Assembly (NCBI GenBank): GCA_963714275.1
Contig: CAVQNT010000003.1
Location: 222,034-286,033 of the forward strand
Length of the DNA: 64,000 nucleotides
From: Candidatus Bathyarchaeota archaeon
GTDB lineage: Archaea > Thermoproteota > Bathyarchaeia > Bathyarchaeales > DTEX01
Direction of reading: 5' to 3'
Shown: positions 56,831 to 64,000 of the stretch, piece by piece
Layout: each line of letters starts with the position of its first letter
Position numbering within the stretch: the first letter of the stretch is position 1
Notes under the pieces: model-generated
The model's database searches: none
What the model saw: only the letters and a program-made list of their open reading frames with translations
Told to the model about the DNA's origin: nothing
Program-made: the position numbers and the translations under genes

Positions 56831-57909
56831 AGACCGCAATCATTCTGGGAACCCGCCCTGAAATCATTAAGTTTTCGCCCATCATCAGGGAATGCAAAAA
56901 GCAGAAATTGGATTATTTTATTCTGCACACTGGACAACACTACTCGTATAATATGGACCATGTCTTCTTTGAGCAGCTTGAGTTCCCTGAGGCTCGATAC
57001 AACCTTGATGTTGGTTCTGGCACTCATGCTGAGCAGACGGGGAAGATGCTCATCGGCATCGAGAAGGTCCTTGTTGCAGAGAAGCCTGATGTTGTCTTGG
57101 TTGAAGGGGACACTAACACAGTGTTGGCAGGCGCCTTAGCAGCTGTGAAGCTTAGGCATTAAGGTTGGACATGTGGAAGCTGGCTTAAGAAGTGACGACA
57201 GACAGATGCCTGAGGAGATCAACCGTGTCCTTGCTGATCATTGTTCAGATCTGCTTTTTGCTCCAACTGAAAAGTCTAAGGCAATTCTATTAAGCGAAGG
57301 TATATCTGAGGACAAGGTTTTCGTGACTGGGAACACTGTTGTTGATGCTGTTATTCAGAATCTTGAGCTAGCAGAGAAAAAGGCTTCTGCGCTTAATCAT
57401 CTAGGTTTGGGGAAAGATAGTTTTTTCTTGGCTACAGTTCATCGGCAGGAAAATGTGGACAACGAAGACAGGTTTCGCGGCATACTTAAAGGCTTAGAAA
57501 TGGTTGAAGCAAAGTTTGGGTTGCCCGTTGTCTATCCCATTCACCCAAGGGCTAGGAAACAGTTGAAAGCTTTCCAGATTGCGTTAAAGGGCTTGACGCT
57601 TGTTGAGCCTTTGGATTACCTGAGCTTTCTGCAGCTTGAGAGCCAGACGCCAGGCTTGTTTTGACGGATTCTGGTGGAGTGCAAGAAGAAACCTGCATCT
57701 TAAAGGTTCCATGCGTGACACTGCGATACAACACTGAAAGGCCTGAAACCTTGGATGTAGGCTCAAACGTTTTGGCTGGAACCAATCCCGAAGAGATTGT
57801 TAAGAAGGCTGCGAAGATGCTGGATGCGAAGAGGGATTGGGTGAACCCGTTTGGAGATGGGAGAGCGGGGGAGAGAATTGCTGGAACTTTAAGGGGTAAG
57901 TTTGGTTGA
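56827..57909 (+). CDS. wecB: UDP-N-acetylglucosamine 2-epimerase (two frameshifts)
   Basis: [37 protein letters not shown] and GDG motifs. Confidence 0.93.
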
Positions 57910-57927
57910 GGCAAGGTTTTTATCGTT

Positions 57928-57946
57928 GTACTACGTTTAGTAGTAC
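57928..57946. promoter_or_regulatory. Inverted repeat operator of the second vapBC promoter
   Basis: GTACTAC-N5-GTAGTAC between a TTTTTAT box and the antitoxin start. Confidence 0.65.
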
Positions 57947-57956
57947 GGTGGTTTAG

Positions 57957-58190
57957 GTGGAGAAAGTTAAGGTGACGAGGAAGTATCAGGTCACAATCCC
58001 AAAGGCAGTTAGAGAAAGCATAGGTGTTAAGGTGGGGGATGAGTTGTTGGTTAGCGGGAGTGAACGGAGAATAGTCTTCGAAAAACCGGTGGACCTTGAG
58101 GAATTGGCTGGAGCATGGGTTCATGTTGAGAGCACAGATGGGTTCATGGAAAACGTGAAAACGATGTGGAAGACTTGGAAAGTGAAGTGA
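57957..58190 (+). CDS. vapB: AbrB/MazE-type antitoxin
   Basis: KVTRKYQVTIPKAVRE.IG.KVGD. Confidence 0.9.
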   Translation: MEKVKVTRKYQVTIPKAVRESIGVKVGDELLVSGSERRIVFEKPVDLEELAGAWVHVESTDGFMENVKTMWKTWKVK

Positions 58191-58609
58191 TATTCGACAC
58201 AGATGTAATAATTGACTACTTGAAGAGGAGGCCTGACCCAGACGCCAAACGGTTGTTCCATGAGGTTAAGGCGAATAAGATGACTGCCCATATGAGTCCC
58301 ATAACGGTTTTTGAGTTGTGTCGTGGAGCAAGGCTCTCACCAGAACCTGAGAGAAGGCTTGAAGAAGTAAAAATCCTCCGGTCCTACGTGAATGTCTTAC
58401 CATTCGATGCGGAAACCGCGGATAAGGCTTCAGAGATTTGTGTTTCTCTGGAAACGAGTGGAGAGCCGCTTGAAATACGAGATCTATTCATTGCTGCTTC
58501 AGCAATAATGCACGGGATTCCGCTAATCACCAGAAACATTTCGCACTTCAAGAGGGTTCCAGACTTAAGAGCGGTTACTCCAAGCGATTTGTTAGCCAAG
58601 CAGGGTTGA
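58166..58609 (+). CDS. vapC: VapC PIN-domain toxin
   Basis: FDTDVIID, T.FEL, DLFIAA and TRN..HF. Confidence 0.9.
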   Translation: MEDLESEVIFDTDVIIDYLKRRPDPDAKRLFHEVKANKMTAHMSPITVFELCRGARLSPEPERRLEEVKILRSYVNVLPFDAETADKASEICVSLETSGEPLEIRDLFIAASAIMHGIPLITRNISHFKRVPDLRAVTPSDLLAKQG

Positions 58610-58776
58610 GCTGAGCTCAGCTAGAATTTATTAACAATTCCCTATTAACAGGCCAAAATTCGTAATTGAAAAGTAGGTTTCTTGACGAAAGACAGTAAAG
58701 GCTGAGTCGAGCTAATTATGGGAGTTCTGATATTGATGATTATTGGTAGCCTTTTCTTGTGATTGCTATCCCCAGA

Positions 58777-59154
58777 TTATTCTTTGAGTTTCTCTCGTAT
58801 TATGTTTAGAAGTCTTTCGGGATCGACAGGTTTCTCAAGGTAACCATTTGCCCCAAGGTTCAAGCTTTCTATTGCGTTCTCCAAGGCAGCATAACCTGTG
58901 ATCATTATCGTTTTCATCCGTGGCGTCCCCATTTCCATGTCTTTCAGTAATCTTGTTCCCTTTATGTCTGGAAGCCGAATGTCTATTAAAGCTAGGTCAT
59001 AACGTTCTTTCTTTGTTTTCTCGACAGCTTCACATCCGGACTCAGCAGTATCAACAGTATATCCTTTTGCCTTTAGAATCTGTGCAATAGATCTGAGAAT
59101 TGCCGTGTCATCATCCACTATTAGGATTCTAGCCCTTGAGATGATGGGAGACAA
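58777..59154 (-). CDS. Single-domain response regulator receiver
   Basis: IVDDD, LIDIRLPD (phospho-Asp), ITG and KP. Confidence 0.92.
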   Translation of the reverse strand: MSPIISRARILIVDDDTAILRSIAQILKAKGYTVDTAESGCEAVEKTKKERYDLALIDIRLPDIKGTRLLKDMEMGTPRMKTIMITGYAALENAIESLNLGANGYLEKPVDPERLLNIIREKLKE

Positions 59155-59207
59155 GTATTCCCTCCTAACCAGCAGGATTTCTGCCCTTGTACCCGACGAA
59201 CATAATG

Positions 59208-59585
59208 TTAGGTATTGTTAAACTGACGAGTTAGGTTGACTATTGACTGTGGGGTTAATCCTAGTGCTTGACCTAGTTCTCTGTAGGTTGTTGTGATTCC
59301 AAGTTTCTTGCTTGCTACATAAATCGCTGCGCCTACAATCGTTCTTGTCGCACGATGGTGCATAAAATGCTTTTTTTCGCTGTTTTCGACTATTTTCATA
59401 GCTGTAGCAGAAAGCATGCTAAGACGTAGATTAATATCCAGATCCGAATTAGGCAGGTTAATAACGCCTTTTTGGTATAGGCGGTCGACTGCATCGGGAA
59501 AATCGATCAAGTGAATAAGTTCTATTATTTCGCTTGATCTTTGAAAGGTTATGTTCTCTTTTTTTTCTGTCATCGTTGTCGCCAA
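59208..59585 (-). CDS. Truncated TFB-like protein (single C-terminal cyclin/HTH repeat)
   Basis: VGAAIYVASKKLGITTTYRELGQALGLTPQSI parallels AAAALYIACKQAGEKKTQKEIADAAGVTEVTV of the TFB at 32236. Confidence 0.65.
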   Translation of the reverse strand: MATTMTEKKENITFQRSSEIIELIHLIDFPDAVDRLYQKGVINLPNSDLDINLRLSMLSATAMKIVENSEKKHFMHHRATRTIVGAAIYVASKKLGITTTYRELGQALGLTPQSIVNLTRQFNNT

Positions 59586-59761
59586 TTTACATGTGGAACC
59601 AGATACCGAGTAGCAGTTGCATTATTGTATATACAATTATTCGATACTCTCAAATAAATCTTTTCCCGAGGCTGACTAAGAAATGGACAGCTGTAGATCA
59701 GTCTGCGAAAGTTAGCATAGGCAAAAGTGAATAGTTGCTACGATGTGTGTCAAGAATTGAT

Positions 59762-60556
59762 CTAGCCCAGACGCGCGTTAGCCAATCCAAGCTGGTCAGC
59801 GATCTCAGCCAATTCCGTGTTTAGTGGATGTTCACTAGATACCAATATTTGTTTTTCTGGATCTAGGAAATCACAGTAGCAAGGAATCACTGCAATGACA
59901 AGTTTTCGAAGAATTTCTGGCAGTCGATTCATAAACCTATCTTTCGAATGCTCAGACCATTGTTCTCTATCTGGAAAGACTTTGTTCAAAACGATCTTGG
60001 CTTTGTCTTCAAAAAGGTCTTCATACTCTCTGAACAAGTTGGCTAAGCCTTGCAGGTCTAAACTATCTTGTGTTGAGACGAAAACTACAGTGTCAGACGA
60101 CACAATAGTATTTAATGAAGAATAGTGAACACCTGGACCATTATCATATATTATTATTGGATTATTGAGATCCCTTTCAAGGCTTTTTTTTAGATGGAAG
60201 AGATTACGCAATGCTTTCGCTTCCCAATTCCTGCTTTTTGCTGACATTTCTTCGATTGCAGAAATGGAAGGGTCTGCTGAACCTATCAGTAGTTTTCCCT
60301 TCGTCCCAAACTTGTCTCCCAGATCAAAAAGCATATCTTGTGGTTGACAACGTGAATCCAGAAATTCATTGACATATTGTTTAACTGGCTTTCCGGCAGA
60401 ATTTTTGAAGACATGGAAAAAGTGAGGAGCTCTGAAATCCATATCTATTGCTACCGTGTCGACTCCGCTTAAAGCCTAGGGAGAATGCAAGATTCGTGAC
60501 AATGGTGGTCTTGCCTGTTCCACCTCTTGATGAACAAAACGAGACTACATGTGTCA
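59762..60556 (-). CDS. MinD/ParA-family ATPase (frameshift near 60475)
   Basis: Upstream frame gives SSRGGTGKTT (deviant Walker A), then IDMDFRAP, DNGPG and LNKV. Confidence 0.85.
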
Positions 60557-60558
60557 CT

Positions 60559-61011
60559 CTAAATCACCTTTGCAGGCAGGGAGCGTTTCAATCTAAAATA
60601 TGTCTTCCTACCTATTCTCCTCTTTTCCAGGTAACCAAGCCTTGTAAGCTGGTTTGCATAAGCGCTTTCCATGGCTCTCTTTCTCTTAGTTTCCTTTGAA
60701 ATCTCGTCTGCCGTAGTTTCCCCGATCCTTGCTACTGTAATAACAGTCTTGCGAAGAGAACTCGGTAGCGAAAGTAAAACGAGAACGTCAGGAAGGGAGT
60801 CGAGAGCCTCGGCACTTTCGAGCGAGGTATTTGCTTTGCTGAGGTGTTGTTGTAATTCCTTTTGGGTTTCAAGTATTTTGTCGACAGAAGCTTGGATGTT
60901 GTCGACCTTTGATTTCAATATTTTGAGATCCTTGAGTATGTCGGTTTCTGGCGCTTTCATATCTGGCAGCATTCCAGTAATTTCTTCACTTATGTATATC
61001 TGTATATACAT
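60559..61011 (-). CDS. Coiled-coil plus winged-helix DNA-binding protein
   Basis: N-terminal heptads; LPSSLRKT..GETTADEIS..TKR.RA.ESAY.NQL..GYL...R.GRK.YF. Confidence 0.8.
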   Translation of the reverse strand: MYIQIYISEEITGMLPDMKAPETDILKDLKILKSKVDNIQASVDKILETQKELQQHLSKANTSLESAEALDSLPDVLVLLSLPSSLRKTVITVARIGETTADEISKETKRKRAMESAYANQLTRLGYLEKRRIGRKTYFRLKRSLPAKVI

Positions 61012-61354
61012 ATAAACTTAAAGACTGGTGTCTGACAGTGAAAAAGGGGACGAATCTTAGATAATGCTGCAATGCCATCATTGAAGCTAAAGGTGAAAAT
61101 ATCACCGAAGGGTCAGAAACGGGGATTTAGTCACTCCAAAGCCGATTACATGCTTCTCCACTCCTTTTACTAGTGTCACCAACTCGACGTAGACATAGTA
61201 GTCTTTGAACCTCCATCCTGATATGGAGTTTATATGCATGAAGGCGTCCTATGCGCGGGCGTGAATGTTCTCTCATGCCTTATTACCGATGAATGTTTGA
61301 ATTTTTAAATGTTTTAAGTAAGATTAATCTTCCAGTTTCCTCCTGATTCTGTTC

Positions 61355-62293
61355 ATGTCTGTAGGTGGAAATTTGTGGGGTGAAAGGAAAAAGGCTGCAA
61401 TAAGGATAAGGGCAAAGATATTAGCAGCGATTAGGTCATGGTTTAAGAAACATGACTACGTTGAAGTTCAAGGGCCAATAATAATCCCTGCGATAGGGAA
61501 TTGGTCTAACTATGTTGAGGTGAAGTATCCCGGTAAGAAAGCTTATCTTGGGCATGGATTGCAGCCATATGCTAACATTTTGATGACGAATATTGGGAAA
61601 ATCTATGCCATAAGTCCAGCCTTCAGGTCGGCTGAAGTGGAGAGTGGAGACATCTAGTAGAATACTGGCAAATAGAAGCAGAAATCCCGCAGCGTGACCT
61701 GAATTGCATCATTGGGACTCAAGAACAGCTTCTGAGCTATGTTTGTCAGAGCCTTTCTAAAGAAGCTGAGAGAAGAGTTGGAGATCGTACAACGCGATGT
61801 CAAAGATCTGAGTAAGATTCACCCACCTTTTCCACTGCTAACTTATGACGACGCTATAAAGCTGCTGCAAGAAGAAGGTGTTGATGTTCAATGGGGAACA
61901 ACATTAGATTGGGATCATGAAAAGCACCTAAGTCTCCGGTTTGGCCAGCCCTTCTTCATCTCGGAATTTCCAATCGGGATCGAGACTTTTTTCTTCCAAC
62001 AGCACCCTCAGAAACCAGAGGCGACTCTATCCGTAGATCTCTTTGCGCCAGAAGGTTATGGGGAAATCTCCACAGGAGGACAACCAGTTTTCAGAAAAGA
62101 AGAGTTGCAGAGAAAGATGAAAGAAGAGCAAATAGGGTCCAATGAACAGGAATGGTACATGCAACTCAATGAAGAAATTCCCTACTCAGGGTTCGCGATG
62201 GGAGTAGAAAGGTTAACTCAGTGGATCTGCAAACTTGAACATATAAAAGAGGCGTCAGCCTTCCCAAGGTTGCTAGGCGATATTTATCCTTGA
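61355..62293 (+). CDS. AsnRS/AspRS-like class IIb catalytic domain without anticodon-binding domain (two or more indels)
   Basis: Motif 1 (YVEVQGP), motif 2 (FR..E..RHLVEYWQIEAE, bridged manually), VDLFAPEGYGEI, motif 3 (GFAMGVERL) and FPR; no OB-fold. Confidence 0.85.
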
Positions 62294-63488
62294 TTTGATG
62301 AGTGTCTCATTTTTCTCTTGACGAGAGAGATGTAGGACTTCAGGCGAATTCTTTCGCGGAAATCTCGTTGTAACAGTTCTGGGGCGAATAATAGCGGTAT
62401 GTTCGAGAGAAATATCAACAAGCAACTGATAATGGAAGCAACCGTCAAAGGAATGTTGGAGAGTTGAGAACCGAAAAGAGACCCTATGCCCGTGGCGAAA
62501 TAATAGATTACTAATCCAATGGAATACATGCGGAGGTGTGTTTCGGCGTTGGCAAGGTCTCCCCAGACTACAAATAGATACAAGGTTAGAAAAATCCCCC
62601 ATGTTAGACCAATTCCGATATATGACAAATAGAAAAGTTCATAGCTTTGTGCCAATCCTGAAATTGCTGACTAATACCGTACAAGATAAGTCCAGTGACC
62701 AGAGATGGTCTCCTTCCAACAAAATCTGCCATTAGCCCACCTAAGAGAGCTCCAATGCTGCCTCCTACAACCTGTAGTGTCAGCAGCAACGCCACAGAAT
62801 TCAGATTGAATTGATGTGAAACATGAAGAGAAATAGTGTTCCCTAAAGTTGCATTAATCACAGAGAAAGCTAACCATGGAATTGAGTAAAGCAGAACCGT
62901 CCTCTTTCCAGTATATCTCTCCAAGTCTCTTCTTCCTGATTGTATCGTTTCTCTCTTTGGACGCAAAAATAGGACTGCCATCATTTGCCCAGTCTAGAAT
63001 GACAGAGAGTATCAATGTCACGGAGAAATCTACATTTTCCAACTGAAGCATACACTAACGGGAAAATTAGTAGAGAAATGAACCCAAGCAAGCCCCGACA
63101 TTCGTCCTCTTTCCTCAGGTACTGTTTTCTCCCAAAACAATGCAAAAAGTGCTAGTTGACCTATGCCAAAGACAGCTCCAGGGAGAAGAAAAATCGCTAT
63201 TCTCAATATGGCGTTTGGGATCAGGGTAAGGTGATTAGGATTGTTCCTACAGAGGAGAACATTGACCACGTTGCAACTAGAGAGGTCTTGGAAACGCGTT
63301 GCATGAGAAAGCAAGTGAGTATTGTTCCAAAGGACACAGAAAAACAGAGGAACCCATACCAACTCAGCAAGGTCTCATTAGATTCTCCAACAATGTAACT
63401 CAAGATTCTGTACGAAAGAATATGGTACCAGGTAAAAAAAGAGAAAGAGGGGTATCGCCAAACCTGCTAAGTCGCGCTTGTCAATCAA
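62284..63488 (-). CDS. MFS-type transporter (several frameshifts)
   Basis: GLMADFVGRR motif A, PEERGR and multiple TM segments across four or more ORF fragments. Confidence 0.75.
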
Positions 63489-63598
63489 ATCCCGCTTAGA
63501 AAGACTTCCACTCGGAATCACGCCTTTATTTGTTCTATACCTAGGAAAGAATAAAGTCTTTGTGTCAAAATTTATAAGGATAGAGAATACATTTTGTT

Positions 63599-63832
63599 AT
63601 GGTAAGTATGAAAAACCTTAAGAATAGAATAGCAGAAGTCTCGCAGTATCTTCAACGCTTGATGGAGCCTGACGTTTTTCCAGAAGTTCAGAATGCTGTG
63701 GAAAGAAAGGACAAAAACCTTCTTGTAAGAGTATGTAGAAAAATCGAGATACCCATAGTATATGTACCGATCATAACATCACTGCTGCTCTCAGTCAGTC
63801 CCCAGCAAAAATGGCCAACGCCACAGACCTAA
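63599..63832 (+). CDS. 77-aa hypothetical protein, divergent from the MFS gene
   Basis: Own TATA (TTTATAAG near 63570); amphipathic helical N-terminus and QQKWPTPQT tail. Confidence 0.7.
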   Translation: MVSMKNLKNRIAEVSQYLQRLMEPDVFPEVQNAVERKDKNLLVRVCRKIEIPIVYVPIITSLLLSVSPQQKWPTPQT

Positions 63833-63837
63833 GGTAC

Positions 63838-64000
63838 TCAGAACTGCAAGTTCGAAAGCGTTTCCAAAAAAATCTTCGACTGTGCCTGCAGAAGGAACTC
63901 CAACAACTTCGTAGCGTTGTTGGCTCGCAACTTAGATAGTTCCTTATCGCCCTTTTGTTTTAACTTTTCGAGAAGACGAACGGTATGTTCAGTCGCGTTG
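63838..64000 (-). CDS. C-terminal end of an unidentified ORF entering from beyond the window
   Basis: Open frame NATEHTVRLLEKLKQ...LSNLQF then TGA. Confidence 0.4.
   Translation of the reverse strand, partial: NATEHTVRLLEKLKQKGDKELSKLRANNATKLLEFLLQAQSKIFLETLSNLQF

Noticed and set aside
52495-57175. Stop-codon readthrough (Sec/Pyl) in ftsZ or wecB
   Set aside because: The downstream parts are in a different frame, so these are indels, not in-frame stops.
61072-61130. AbrB-like start MPSLKLKVKISPKGQ
   Set aside because: Too short to call with confidence; at most a remnant of another antitoxin gene.
61355-62293. Calling this gene asnS or archaeal asparagine synthetase
   Set aside because: It has no anticodon domain and the Asp/Asn-binding residues are replaced; left without a symbol.
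203-63488. Mass pseudogenisation or programmed frameshifting
   Set aside because: Breaks hit essential genes (rfcS, top6B, thermosome, porA), are single-base, and cluster at AGCT or homopolymers rather than slippery sites; sequencing error explains them better.
1-64000. CRISPR array, rRNA, integrase or transposase
   Set aside because: No regularly spaced repeats, rRNA-like sequence or recombinase/transposase motifs were seen, and no duplicated tRNA 3' ends suggesting att sites.

Overview
Archaeal chromosomal segment, most consistent with Bathyarchaeia (inferred from gene content: crenarchaeal-type PolB1, SSB and SmAP3 together with FtsZ, many glycoside hydrolases and frequent TTG/GTG starts). 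Housekeeping blocks are rfcS/rfcL, the conserved eIF1A-RIO1-KH-top6B-top6A cluster, acs, TFB, aIF1, pncB, the porGDAB operon and a thermosome subunit. There are five tRNA genes, scattered carbohydrate and methyl-transfer genes, and a variable right end (about 46.7-64 kb) with gene remnants, an 11-aa repeat surface protein, ftsZ, a glycosylation locus with two VapBC modules, a wHTH-MinD-miniTFB-receiver run, and an anticodon-less AsnRS-like ligase with a remodelled amino-acid pocket beside an MFS transporter and a small protein. Most notable are (1) that aaRS-like ligase/MFS/small-protein trio, (2) a tRNA-Asn with two BHB introns, one at the unusual 8/9 position, (3) an exonuclease-deleted PolB1 paralog, (4) a three-site operator around an ArsR-like gene, and (5) the fact that most of the roughly 25-30 single-base frameshifts sit in or beside AGCT, which points to long-read errors at a methylated motif rather than pseudogenisation. 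All calls come from motif recognition by eye; no database searches were run.
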